A program made the translations under genes and the position numbers. A stretch of 64,000 nucleotides of DNA from assembly GCF_001194135.2 (NCBI RefSeq), contig NC_068984.1, forward strand, positions 20,877,789-20,941,788, given 5' to 3'. Under the pieces are notes generated by a model. That model did no database searches. It had not been told where the DNA came from and was given only the letters and a program-made list of their open reading frames with translations. Of the stretch, positions 1 to 13,200 are shown piece after piece (the first letter of the stretch is position 1; every line of letters begins with the position of its first letter). The stretch is from Octopus bimaculoides (taxonomy: Eukaryota).

Positions 1-219
1 ATGTCTGGTCTATTTGCCTTAATTTCTCTATCTGTGTGTATTGGCATATCCCAGAGTATGGTTGCTTTCTCGTTTTCTGTGACCTTTTCTGGCGTGTGTT
101 TATACCATCTTTTTTCTGTTGTTATTCCATAGTGTTGGCATAGCTTCCAGTGTATATAGGTCCCAGCTCTGTCGTGTCTGTGAATATATTCCTGTAGGAT
201 CTCTTGTAGGAATTTACTC

Positions 220-293
<74 letters not shown>

Positions 294-719
294 GTAGTAG
301 TAGTAGTAGTGAATAAATACGTAAATAAAGCAAACCAGGAGACAATAAACTGAAATCTTTTAGCCTAATTTTGTGTGTGTGTTTGCGGTGGATAAAATCG
401 GTTTGGAAATAACAAATGCCGGTAAAATTATTCAGGTTGAGCTTTTAAACAAAGGTCGTTTCATAACAACTGCCGCCATTACCACCACAACCACCTCCAC
501 CATTGCAAGTTGTGTCACTACTACCTTCCACTAACACATACACCCACAACACACACGCACACACACAATGCTATCACACACACACGGAGTACTATAACTT
601 AATTGGAAAATAAAAAATAAAAACTTTCACGAAATGAATTAACAAAACATTCACTAAACTATGGTTCAGAGTGTCTGTGTTTTATTTCTAAATTATGTAG
701 AGAATTGTACTGCTGCTGC

Positions 720-755
<36 letters not shown>

Positions 756-819
756 GAGGAGGTGGTGGAGGAGGAGGAGGACAATTGTTGGGGTTTTGTT
801 CTAATTGTTGTTTGGTCCA

Positions 820-978
820 ACATTCATCCGTCTTTACGGTCTGTGTTCAAACTTCACAAAGGTCGGTTTTTGCGTTTTATCCATTCGGAATCGATGAAGC
901 AAGTACCAGTTGTGCACTGGGGTCGATGTAGTCGACTTAACCCAACACTTAAAACTGCTGGCCTTATACCAAAATTTG
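820..978 (+). mobile_element. SINE fragment, family A (tRNA-like head, GGTCGA...CATCC...GTACCAG...TGGGGTCGAT core)
   Basis: Shares the CCGTCTTTACG..TCTG.GTTCAAA / AGTACCAGTTG..CACTGGGGTCGATGTA.TCGACTT core with many other copies in the window. Boundaries are approximate. Confidence 0.75.
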
Positions 979-2584
979 AGAACCAGAGAGGGTGGAATGT
1001 ATTCTCAAACCGGAAACCTGGCCTGAAGTGGACTTCGCTTAAGGCACTCAAAGTTTCAAGGTGGTTGTGTTAAACCAGGTGACAGTTTGTCTACCGTTTA
1101 TGGGCAAAAGCGTTCTAACCTGACCACACCTCAACAGTATTGTACGTTGGGTGCATGGTATTTTGGCAAATCGATTGACAGCGCAGTGAGGGGTCTTCTG
1201 GTTGTGTTTTGTCCCAGGTCAGCTTTAATCGTGCAGGTTTGTGGTCAAAGACATCAAATCCATTACCCCACTGTTTTTTGTTTCTTTTTCATACTCTGAA
1301 TTATATTGTCCGATGAATCCTTCCTTTACTTAAGATAACAGAGCGTGATTTGAGGAAGTTTTGGCTGCTGTTTCTTGCCAATCTAGTCTTTGACCATCAG
1401 TCAGTGGATCTGGGGACCATACTAACCAATATACGTATGTGTTTATGTATGCTTAGAGGTAAGTGTTTTCTACAAGCCTTGAATCTACCCAGGCCTTGTG
1501 AACGAGATTCGTTACACAGAAACATTGTAGAAGCCCGCCGGGTAGATTGTACCAGTAAATTTTAAGGTCCAGCCTTGGCACTCACTGTTACACTGATTCG
1601 GCTAAAAAATTGCTTTAAGGTTGCGCATGTGTGTAGAGTACTCAATTATAATACAATTAGCAGGTATAATTAGTTGCAACAATCAGAACAATCATTCATC
1701 AAAACCGATGCCAGATATATTCATTCACATGTATCTGTATGTACACATGCTCTTTTACACTTATACTCCCTTCACTCAGTAGATTACGGTCATGCTGAGT
1801 CACCGCCTTTACAGGTTTAGTTGATCGAATCGATCCAAGCATTTTAAAGTTTGGTACTTATTCTAAAGTCTTCTTTTTGTTCAACTTCTTTTTGTTCAAC
1901 TTTTTGTCAAGCAGTGAGAAACATACAAAAGGTACGGTAGCCAAGCAGTGAGAAACAAACAAAAACAAAAATGCACACGCTTATGTGATGGGTTAGGGTT
2001 AAGGTTAGAAATGAAAGCAATTCGCTGTAGAAGCTGTCTTGGCTTAAAAATTAAATCGATATAAAGACTTGAAACAATATTAAATTAAAATAACGATGTG
2101 TGACATTTGTGCGGTGTATACAAATGCAGAACAGTGCTAGCTCTAATGTTTTGTCTCAGTGGAACTTAATTCAAGAGACTTAGTGTGTTAAAAACACAAA
2201 GTTCGCTCAAGATAACGTCAGGGAATTGGCAAGACCGATGTTTCGGTCTATTTTTGTCCCTTCAGTGATGAAAATTCTCGAACGTTCTAAGCTATGTCGG
2301 AATCTTCATTCCTATATAGAAATCGGTAAACATAATATTCGCTGATTTGTGTGAAATGTCAGAATGATTTGAAACGTAGAAAAAAATGTGTCTAGTATAA
2401 ATCAGTTGTCCAGTAAATATTAACGTAGTATTAAAGACAAAAAAAAAAGGAAAACATCAATCCTGAACTAATGAGAAGTCTGCACTTTCTCCATCCAAAT
2501 TATAACTTTATACTATAATTGTGATTGCTGGAGCACTTTATTATGGTTAATAACTGCTTCAGCATCCAATATCGAAAAGTTAGG

Positions 2585-2960
2585 CCTCACAAAATTAGAA
2601 AGGATATAGCTAATTAGATATTATAATTAGAAAACATTAATGGAACTGTGAAAATATGTAAAACATTCCAGAAATATAGCCTACAATAGACACATATGCA
2701 TGTATAGATATACGAACATATTTATATGTACACCTACATTTTTATACATGCAATAGCACACATGCGCACACACGCCTCACAAAATCAGAAAGGGTAGAGA
2801 AAACTAAAATATTATAATTACAAACCATTAATGGAGCTCTGAAAATATGTTAAACATTCCAGAAACATAGCCTATAATAGACATATCTACACGTATAGAC
2901 ATACAAGCATATTTATATGTACACTACATATTTATACATGCGATATCACTTATGCGCACG
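2585..2960 (+). repeat. Diverged tandem duplication, about 190-bp unit x2
   Basis: ATTAATGGA.CT.TGAAAATATGT.AAACATTCCAGAAA.ATAGCCTA.AATAGACA and CATATTTATATGTACAC occur at about 2636/2720 and about 2827/2908. Confidence 0.85.
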
Positions 2961-3423
2961 TACCTACCTACCATTGAAATTCGAATGAAGGAGCCTTGGA
3001 TCTAGGTTAGAAACTGGCCCTTTCTCTGTTGGCGAGAAATTAAAAAAAATAAAAGCTAAATAACATACATACAAGCATAACGCACACACACACACACACA
3101 CACACATACATAATTGCATTTACGAGAATGTCTGAAAACGCTGTTTTCTGTAAAAATACATAAGTATACATAAATACACATTTTATAGAGGTATGCAAAT
3201 TGGTACTGTTCATGTTGTTTTTTTTTGTTGTTGTTATTATTGCTAACATTGTTGCTGTTGTTGAATTTGCCGAGGGATCCAGATGTTGCCTAGTGGTACA
3301 GTTCACTGCAATAGTCTTGTAGTGAAATCGGTCAGCTGGAACTGAAAAACGATAACGGATACCCCCATTTTATACTAAAACACCCATTTCTCGTCAATTT
3401 ACTACTTTGCGAATTTACTCCCG

Positions 3424-3534
<111 letters not shown>

Positions 3535-3577
3535 GTTTTTGTTGTTGTTGTTGTTGTTGTTGTTATTATTTAGCAGG

Positions 3578-3791
3578 AAAAGCGGTGAGCTGGCAGGATC
3601 GTTAGCACGCTGGGCAAAATATTTAGCGGTATTTCGTCCATCTTTACGTTCTGGGATCAAATTCCACCGAGGTCGACTTTGCTTTTCATCCTTTCGGGCT
3701 CGATAAATTAAGCACCATTTACCTACTGGTGTCGATGCAATCGACTATCTCCTACCCCCAAATTTCAGGCCTTGTGCCTATAGCAAAAAGG
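3578..3791 (+). mobile_element. SINE family A, near full length
   Basis: AGCGGTGAGCTGGCAGGATCGTTAGCACG head, B-box-like GGATCAAATTCC, core GGTCGACTTTGCTTTTCATCCTTTCGGG and tail AGGCCTTGTGCCTATAG, flanked by ATT microsatellites. Confidence 0.85.
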
Positions 3792-4025
3792 ATTATAATT
3801 ATTATTATTGACTTACTCGGACGTGTTTACATTGACTCTGATGGTTTGTTAAATTTTGTTTGGAAAAAGTTGTTTGTTAGAAATTCTTTTGTTCGGCAGT
3901 TAGTTTATACCAGCTTCACTTTGGTAAAGAATGAAATCACTGAATTGTACCCTAAAAGGCACAACTCTTGTAATTTTATGTCACTCTTGTCTGTTTTTTT
4001 GTTGTTGTTTGTTTCGTTCTAAGTT

Positions 4026-5660
4026 ATGGCAGCACTAACGCCCACAAACTGTTTCAATGAAGAGGTAGCAAGAGAGTCTCGCACCACTACCAGCTTCATT
4101 AGAGAGCAGGTAATGGAGAACAACAACAATATCATTACCATCATTAATAATGCTAGTGAAGACAGCAGTCTAGTCATGGAAGGGGAGGAGAACGCTACAT
4201 TGACCATAGTTCAAAGTCCAACAAAGGAGAGCAGCTGTAACAGCAACAAGACCATCAGCACCTGCGGCGTCAGTTGTAACAAGAGCAACAGCAACAACAG
4301 CGTTCGCAAAAGCAGCCGTCAGTGGTAGTAGCAGCGACGTTGGCAGCAGTAGCGGCGGCAAAACAGCAACAGCAGGAAATAGTGGTTGCAACAACAGCGA
4401 TAGCAACATTCGGCAGCAGCAGCACTAACGTCAATAGCAACAATAAAAGGATTGGAAGCAGCAGATTGGAAAGCAGTAACGGCTGGAGCAGCAGCAGCAA
4501 GGGCTGTAACAACACCACGAATAGCAACAATACTAAGGTTTCTTTCACTGGGATGGCTGCCACAAAAGACCTTTTTACTCTCTCCTTGGAGGATGAATCT
4601 TCATAACGGGCGGATCCAGCTGAATTTAGGAAAATTGAGGTCGGGTCGGTAGAGCAGAGCTCGTTCCCCATCTCCGAAATTCTTGTTGCAGCTTCTAAGA
4701 AACAGTTACTTTCAGATTCACCAGCGTTAAATCTAGGCGACTGAAAACTCTTCCAGACGCCCAGATTGAAAGGGCTCTCGACGATATATATAGTACGACA
4801 CCAGCTATACGTCTAGGGTAAGGCAATTCGGCGGGCTCCTGTTTTATTTAAGACTGAGGCCCTTGCGATCCAATGTTCAGTGACCGCTCGCTGTAGTGAG
4901 GATTTTGTTCTCTTCTCTACCTATTTGCGAGGAAGGGCGGTAAAAATAACTGTACCAGTGATCCCACCAGAATTAAATATTTAATGAATACTTGCTTGCA
5001 TAGTCCTCGAAGGTAGTAGTACTCTCCTGGCTGTTTAAAGAACAGTGGGGCTACACTAGCGATACTTCTCTGTGTAAACCTGAGCAGCTGAACAGGTTCT
5101 CAGACATGATCTCTCAACCGAAAAGGGCAGAGCTACATGTTACTGTGGAGGGCAAGCGATCAAGATGCAACATCTGTAGAACAACGAAGTATCTCCGAGC
5201 GTTCTTAACTCAACAGCCAAAACAGGAAAGGCGAAAGTGGGAGATCACTGTTGCAGATATCATCGCTGCTACAACAACAATAACAGTAGCAACAATAACA
5301 ACTTCAAAACTGTGCAACAGTAGAAGCAGTAACAATCGTAGTAGCGAGGAAAAATAGGAGGAAAAAATAAGACCTGGATTAATAACATTAGCAACAACAG
5401 AAAGATCGACAACGTCCACAATTGTAGCAGAAACTGTGGAAACTGCAACAACAGTGACACCATTAACATTAACATCAACTTCATCTAGCAACGAATGTGA
5501 CGAAGAATATTGACAGTCAAAATGTAATGGCCACTCAGAGGCATTCAAACATTTCTCCTCCGTTCCTGTTTGCTCCCCACCTACAAGTGAAATTGCAGAT
5601 ATAATTACAGGAGGAAACATGCACCTACCCCTGTGCGGGGTGGAGTCTTCAGATCGGACA
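4026..5660 (+). pseudogene. Degenerate ORF1 (gag-like) of an L1/Tx1-like non-LTR retrotransposon with low-complexity AAC/AGC expansions
   Basis: Fragmented + strand frames include GRAVKITVPVIPPEL (RRM-like, about 4935) and LHVTVEGKRSRCNICRTTKYLRA (decayed CX2CX4HX4C knuckle, about 5135-5205). They lie upstream of a Tx1-like endonuclease fragment on the same strand. Confidence 0.55.
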
Positions 5661-6161
5661 TCAGGTGACGAGGAGCGAAGGCAAAGAAAGCAGAAAAAAA
5701 GTTAAAAGAACGACAAAAAATCAAGAAAAGAAACAAAGCACAAAGCAACATCAACTCAACATTGATCCTAAACAACACAAAATTTACAACGAATACACCA
5801 TCTCTACAAAGAGCAACAAATCAATGATACACACACGAAACAACAAATATACAAGGGGAAAATCAGAAGAGAAACACCCAAATGCAGAAAACCATACCGA
5901 CAAAAACACACCACCATCACAACCAACAACAAATTGCACCCAACTTTCTTTTAGTAAGAAGGAAAAATGAAGAACTGCTCTCTTACATAGTGCAAAAATG
6001 AGACAGAGACAATCCGCCGGAGGGACCGAAATTGGTTAAACTGCCAGTTAGTTGTTATAGGGAAATGAAAGAATTTCTCACATGACATTGGGAACCCACG
6101 CGTCACGGGCTCGAATAGGCTACTCAAGGGTTTTCCCCTCAGAAACCCCATACAGAAAACG

Positions 6162-6560
6162 AGGCATAGATGTGTGATAAGAAGCTTTCTTCCCAACCAC
6201 ATGGTTCTGGGTTCAGTCCCACTGCGTGGCACCCTGGGCTAGTGTCTTCTACTGTAGACTCAGGCCAACCAAAACCTTGTGAGTGAATTTGGTTGATGCA
6301 AACTGAAAGAAGCCCGTCGTACATATATATATATANNNNNNNNNNNNNNNNNNNNNNNNNNNNNNNNNNNNNNNNNNNNNNNNNNNNNNNNNNNNNNNNN
6401 NNNNNNNNNNNNNNNNNNNNNNNATATTGTATAAAGATCGTAGGTAAGGCCAAAACAATAGATATGTGTGTGTATGTGTACGCGCGTATGTGTACGCGCG
6501 TATGTGTGTCCATGTCCTTGCTTTTGTGTTCACCCTTCCCCCACCGCTTGACAACCGGTA
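6162..6560 (+). mobile_element. SINE family B (tRNA-derived), interrupted by (TA)n and an N gap
   Basis: AAGAAGCTTTCTTCCCAACCACATGGTTCTGGGTTCAGTCCCACTGCGTGGCACC head, GAAAGAAGCCCGTCG, then CACCGCTTGACAACCG. The same family recurs at about 21000, 26620, 38930 and 45170. Confidence 0.85.
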
Positions 6561-6569
6561 GTGGTGCTG

Positions 6570-6840
6570 TTTCGGAAAGACTGAGCTTCGTGATATAGTT
6601 GATTTGAAGCCGGGTAATAAGTTGGTGATCCTGGACGTAAAAACAGTGGTGCCTTCAGACTATGTATGGCCCTATTGGGGTTGGAGTAGGTGAATTTTGT
6701 CAGGTGTTTGGAGGTTTTCCTTGGGATGTCACGTTCTTTTGTTCCTGTAGGTGATTGGGCCGCCATTTTGGATGCACCTCTGGACTGTATGAGGCTAGCT
6801 GACAGGAGAAGTGCGAGTAGAAACAAAAGTAATGAGATTA
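6570..6840 (+). pseudogene. APE endonuclease fragment of L1/Tx1-like ORF2
   Basis: Translation with frameshifts gives ..KLVILDVKNSGAFRL..YGPIG..FVPVGDWAAILDAPLDC, matching the L1/Tx1 APE motifs LVxLDV..FRLxxVYAP and VGDWNAILD. Confidence 0.7.
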
Positions 6841-7371
6841 TTAGTGCAGAGTAGAAAACCTAGTTGTTACATTTGAGAAACTTGAAAGAGAGAGAGAGAG
6901 AGAGAGAGAGAGATAGTGGCGTAGCTATGATTTATGTGTATGCGGAATAAATAAATGGTTAGAATGAACTTGGAATATACTCCGAGAAAGTAAATAGGCT
7001 TGTATTTACCAATGCATATATTTTGTTCTTTGCGTTCTGGGATATATGGATACTTCAGTAACTACTCGCTTTTTTTCAACCGATTAAGAAAAGAACAAAT
7101 TCCCAGGAAGCTTTGTCATAAATAGCACTTGGTCACAAAGATTTGGATGCAAAACTCCTAGTACGAGCAAGGGGTAATAAAGCGAATGCGATTATATACA
7201 ATTGGAAAAAACCCCGTCTGAGATTGTGAAAATACATTCAGAGCGATCTGTTGTGTGTGCGCCGTGTACGCTCACACGCACCTACACATACACACGTAAT
7301 TAGATCATTCGGAATGTGCTGCGTTTAACAAGTGTTTACACCGCACACCCACACAATACGCACGCACGCAC

Positions 7372-7476
<105 letters not shown>

Positions 7477-7573
7477 TGTATATGTGTATGTATGTGTGAG
7501 TGAACGTGGGTGTGCGAACGCGCGTTTGTGTTGCTGTTAAGCAATTATACGGTTTCCCATTTACAGTGCCTGG

Positions 7574-7636
<63 letters not shown>

Positions 7637-8268
7637 TGTATGTATGTATATATGTATGTATGTATGTATGTCTGTATGTATATACTTACAAACGTGCCTC
7701 GTATATAGGCCTGCTCAATCAGGGCTGACCTGGGGGCTAGACAACAAGTATTCTCTTCTCTGCCAAATTAGGTATACCTGTCTCTTTCGACGGATGGTAG
7801 ACGTAGTTTAAACAACTAATTTTTGATTACTTCCTATGTACAAGGTTCTATAGAGACTATCAGTCTAGACGATGTGTGAGCGGGTCGAATGTCTTGGTAC
7901 AGAAACAGTGAGTTAGGGTATGTGGAAATGTCTCGGTTTTGGAGTCAGCAGGGTGTTCTCAGAGATAATTCAAGATAGGTGTACACCTTGTATGTATGTA
8001 TGTATGTATGTATGTATGTATGTATGTATGTATGTATGTATGAATTATATATATATATATTTATATATGTATATATGTATGTATATGTATGTATGTGTAT
8101 ATATATATNNNNNNNNNNNNNNNNNNNNNNNNNNNNNNNNNNNNNNNNNNNNNNNNNNNNNNNNNNNNNNNNNNNNNNNNNNNNNNNNNNNNNNNNNNNN
8201 NNNNNNNNNNNNNNNNNNNNNNNNNNNNNNNNNNNNNNNNNNNNNNNNNNNNNNNNNNNNNNNNNNNN

Positions 8269-8312
<44 letters not shown>

Positions 8313-8873
8313 CGTGAACATATATACATATATACTCATATAAACAGATGGATCTCCGTCGGTTTCGACGACGAGGACTCAGTTGTTCGATCAGTCGCGT
8401 GCACATCAACTTAACGTGTAAAGTGGCTGAATATTCCAGAAACATATTCTCGTAATTATCTGAAAGAATTAGCGTGACACAGTGTGTGACAAAGTTTACT
8501 CTTTTAATAACATGTGTAATCCAACTAATAGACTTCTGTACAGAGTCCGTCCGCGCAATCTCAAGGACAATCCCAAAATGTTACACTGAGATCGAACAGA
8601 GAACCTCATGGTTGTGAAGCAAACTTCCCAACCATTCGGCTATACTACTACTTCTACTACTACTACTAACGTACACTCATACACACATGTATGTTATACA
8701 TACACACAAAAACATATCTCTATCTACATTGCAACCAAAAGACAAAAAACTCCCTCAAGGGAGAAAAACTTCCTGTAGTGGGAAGACTATGTCTTCTATT
8801 TAGGTTGTATGGAAATGTCTTGATTTGGAGTCAGTGGGGTTTTCGAACAGATAATTTCAGATAACTATATATC

Positions 8874-8989
<116 letters not shown>

Positions 8990-9152
8990 TACGTCAGCAC
9001 GATCAGTTATTACGTTCGTGGGAATGTCTATTAACAATGTGCGCGCATATGTATTACTGTACAGGCGTTGATGAAAGTGGTTAAACCTGCGCTGTTCACT
9101 TAACTCACTCAACCTCTCCGTCTCTCTAAGTCGTTCTGTGTTTCTGTTTGCG

Positions 9153-9217
<65 letters not shown>

Positions 9218-9311
9218 GTACGTGTGTGTGTGTGTATGCAAGTGTGTTTGTGTGCGTTTACATGCATATTACATATTAGACTCGCTCGCACACACACAAA
9301 CACTCAGAAAC

Positions 9312-9541
9312 ACACAGATACTGTTTTTCCAGAGTTAACATAAAGAATAATGCCTCCCGCAGCATCTTCCAGTCTGTGAAGCAGGGTAGTGGCTCCTGCA
9401 GTCGTAACTGTTATTAGAGCTAAAACATCGGCATAATGTAAATTTGTTATTGTTGAGGGTGGGTATCTGGAATTTCTTGATTTTGTACGGGTAAAGCTAA
9501 GTTTCTTGCTGTTATCTACTGAAGTGCGGAGTGCATAAACA

Positions 9542-9611
<70 letters not shown>

Positions 9612-10760
9612 TCTAAATGAGTAAGGTATGAGGGTGTCTCCTTGTAAAACTCTAGCAAGAATGTCGAAAATGCCTTGATCGAGTGAAAGTACTTTAGCTC
9701 GTGTGTTTTGGTGAAGCATCATTGTTACCGCTACTGTTTCTTGGAAGATTCCAAAGGCTAGTAGAATTTGTTGTGTCTTATTTCTGATTGAAAGGCTTTT
9801 GAAAAATCCATAAATATCAAACAGACTAGCAAGAAGATTCTTTGCTTGGCTGTCCTCTATAATTTGTCTGACAGTTTATACTAAACTATTTTCTTGAGCG
9901 GTTCTTTCTTTATCCATTCTAGTTTATGCGAAGAATTTTCTTGAACTTCGGTTAGATACGATTGTGTATTGTCATATTAAAGATCTTAGTTGTTATAGCT
10001 ATTAATGTAATACTCTGGTAATTCTACACTAAATTACATGTTTTAGAGAAAAGTGTGATAAAACTCTGAGTCCATTTATTGATTGGATTTTGATTGTAGT
10101 CAGAGTTGCAATTTGGAGAAGTATTTCATTAATCTTGATATTGGCACTGTTGTGCAGAAAGGTCTCCTGAACTGCATCCTGGGAAGATCCACTCGACAAA
10201 TTGATATTCAGACTCTAATGGACCCACTCCAGGCTTGGACCTTTAGGTACACTTTTCTTCTCTCTGCCTTATCTATTGCAACTAAAATGGCTTCCATTCC
10301 TTGGCGCAGGCTGGTCTCGTACCTCCACCTTTCTTCATTTTACCTTCCGTCACTCTTGGTGCATCCAACACTCACAGCACCGCACTGACCGTTAGGCCTA
10401 ATCCTTTCTTCACAGGGTATTTGTTCTCTGAAATCTTTTCTCTGATCATGTTTTTCTTGCTGCTTTGACTTTAACAGTTTAAATGAATCAGTAATAACAT
10501 CAAGGTCAAGTCTCGGGGCGCCTGCGAGCGTCATGGATAATGCATTTTCCTGCAACAAGTGTCAACAAGATAGAAAAGAAGAAAGAAACGTCTCAGCCGA
10601 TGTTTTTCCAAGCCAGTTGCATTCCTGATTTTGAGTTTGGTCAGAGTCCCTATCCATTTGCCGTGAAGTTGACGCATTTGATATTCAGTTCGTATTTTAT
10701 AACAGTTTTTCCAGGCCTGTTAGTGTTGACAAGTTTCTCGCCAAAACATTCTTTAGGCTG
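9312..10760 (-). mobile_element. RTE-clade LINE, inverted 5' segment (EN-RT linker and RT up to just past YADD)
   Basis: Minus-strand translation gives NKWTQSFITLFSK..NYQSITLIAITTKIFNMTIHNRI.PKFKKILRIN.NG.RKNRS, DFSKAF, ILARVLQGDTLIPYSF and TITNLHYADVLAL..LLHRLEDAAGGIILYVNSGKT. A (TA)n(GA)n tract interrupts it at about 9545-9610. Confidence 0.85.
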
Positions 10761-10764
10761 CCAT

Positions 10765-11352
10765 CTGAAATCAAGAAGCTCGATGAAACCAATGAATTCT
10801 ATCATGTACCGTGGAAGCGACATAGTGTTTACAGATATTATACTATGTATTGGTAAAGCTTGGGCAGGACTTAAAAGTTTCAACATTGTTTGGAAATCCA
10901 AAATCCTGGCAAAGCTTAAGAGGAACATCCTCAAAGTGATTGAACCTGTGTCTTTATGAATCCTCTACCTGATTACTAATCAAAAATATTGAAAATATAT
11001 TGGATGACACCTATATGCACATGCTTCACGTCATTGTAATTATGAACAGGAAAAACACTTCTCCAAAAGAAAATTATGCCACTAGGTACATAAAAGTATC
11101 AGACACATTAGAGAAAGAAGAGTTCGCTGTGCTGGACATTAGTGAAAAAGTAAAGAGGAGCTGCTTAGTGACACGCTACTTTGGTCAGTCTGTGAAGACA
11201 GACATTGCTCATTTAGCAAATAACACTGAATGTCACCGAGAGGGACTAGCACGTGTCATCTAATAAAAAGACGAGTGGAGGATCAGGGACATGTGAATCC
11301 GAGCGAGATCGACCCAATGATGATAATGATAATGATGGTAATGATGATGATG
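10765..11352 (+). mobile_element. RTE-clade LINE, 3' segment (RT C-terminus and ATG-repeat tail)
   Basis: Plus-strand translation gives YRGSDIVFTDIILCIGKAWAGLKSFNIVWKSKILAKLKRNIL..LDDTYMHMLHV..IRERRVRCAGH..KSKEELLSDTLLW and ends in an (ATG/ATA)n tail typical of RTE elements. Confidence 0.85.
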
Positions 11353-11391
11353 AGGAGATATATGTATGTGTGTATATTTGTTTATCTTCCT

Positions 11392-11449
<58 letters not shown>

Positions 11450-11581
11450 CTATCTGTATGTATGTATGTATGTTGTATGCATACGCACGCATATATCTAC
11501 ATATACTCACATTATATATATATATATATAAATATATATATATGTATAAATATATATATATATATATAGATAAATATGTAT

Positions 11582-11626
<45 letters not shown>

Positions 11627-12570
11627 AATATATATATATATAAATATATATGTATATACACACATATATATAAATATGTATATGCATACATATACACACA
11701 CTATGCACTCAGACATATATGCACATGTATATATATATATATATATATATATCCTCTCTCTCTCTTACAAACACACTCACATACGTAGACTTACACACAC
11801 ACTCAGCTTCTTACTTATCCATTTTGCTAATGACCTTCCTACATTCTCAGCCACCTAACAAAACCACCACCTTACTCACTAACCGACGCGACACTAGTTT
11901 ATATACCACACAAGTTCTCTCTCATCCCACGTGCCCTGTTTGATGTTTTCCTTACCTATATCTATATCAAAGCTTCGGCTACCGCCCATAGATTCTCTCA
12001 AGTGTGGACACTTTCAGTGATCAGCGTCCTTTCTCCCTCTTACAGCTTCTCAACTAACTTTCTGAGAACAAAGTCAGTCGACATTTTTTCTTTGTGATTT
12101 TTCTACGTTACGTGTTGTGTTACACACACATACTACACACACTCACTCACATACGTTCACTCTTTCTTTCTTTCTTTCTTGCTCGCACGCACACGCACGC
12201 ACACGCACACAAATACATTTTCACGAACGTGCATACATTATACAAACACTTACACTCTCTCGATGCGTGTGCGCACGTACATGCGTATATACATATATCA
12301 ATACATGCATGCATGTGTAGGTTTATGTGTTTCTGTACGTGAGTGTATAGGTTCCCGAGCAAAACAATGCACTGGAGCCCATAGTATTTATTTATTAACA
12401 GTAAACCACAACATACATAGATTAATTACCATTGGGCTATTAGCTCCGCGGAAACACCAGGGCAACTGCTCACTGTTCTCAAACCTCTAGATAGCACTTA
12501 AAACACCTCTCCCTCTCTTCCCCCTTTATTGTATTGGATAAGTCACTACATCGACTTCACGACAGAGAAA

Positions 12571-12758
12571 TCTGGTAAATTTTCAGATTAACACCCGCAC
12601 GATTTTCACTAGGGTGTTAGGGTTAGGGTTTTAGGGTTAGGGTTAGGATTCTAGGGTTAAGGTTAGGGTTAGGGTTTTAGGGTTAGGGTTAGGGACGGGA
12701 TTCCCACCCTAACACCCTAGTGAAAATCGTGCGGGTGTTAATCTGAAAATTTACCAGA
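12571..12758. repeat. Perfect 53-bp inverted repeat enclosing a degenerate (TTAGGG)n tract
   Basis: 12571-12623 TCTGGTAAATTTTCAGATTAACACCCGCACGATTTTCACTAGGGTGTTAGGGT is the exact reverse complement of 12706-12758. The spacer is TTAGGG/TTTTAGGG repeats. Confidence 0.95.
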
Positions 12759-13024
12759 AATTTTACCCCTGTAAAATGCTTCTCGCTGTTGTTGCTTTCG
12801 GCTCTGACTGAACAGACCTATGAGTAGCTATTCAAGCCAAGTCTACTCCGTCTTATTAAAGACAAGGATCCACAGTTTCTTTCTGTCTTAAGTCAGTAGG
12901 GGAAGATCTGGGTGAGTTTGAAATGTTAATTCTAGCAGACTTGAATATATTTTTGTCATTCTGTTGGTTAGATATTCACAAGTATATAGACTCCTTTTTA
13001 TTAACGCTTTAACAATAAGTGTTT

Positions 13025-13200
13025 GAGGTGGCAAATTCGGGAGTCGATAGAGCATCGGAAAGAATGTTATTGCGGTATTCGTTCCGGATATCTGTGTTGT
13101 GTTCAAATCGCGCCGAGTTCAGTTTTGCCTATCATTCTTACGTGGTCGATAAATGAAGTACCAGTCCAGGAGGTGGGCTTGGCAGAGTTATTAGAACGTC
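13025..13200 (+). mobile_element. SINE family A, diverged
   Basis: GTTCAAATCGCGCCGAG..TTTTGCCTATCATTCTT..GGTCGATAAATGAAGTACCAG core. A second partial copy follows. Confidence 0.7.
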
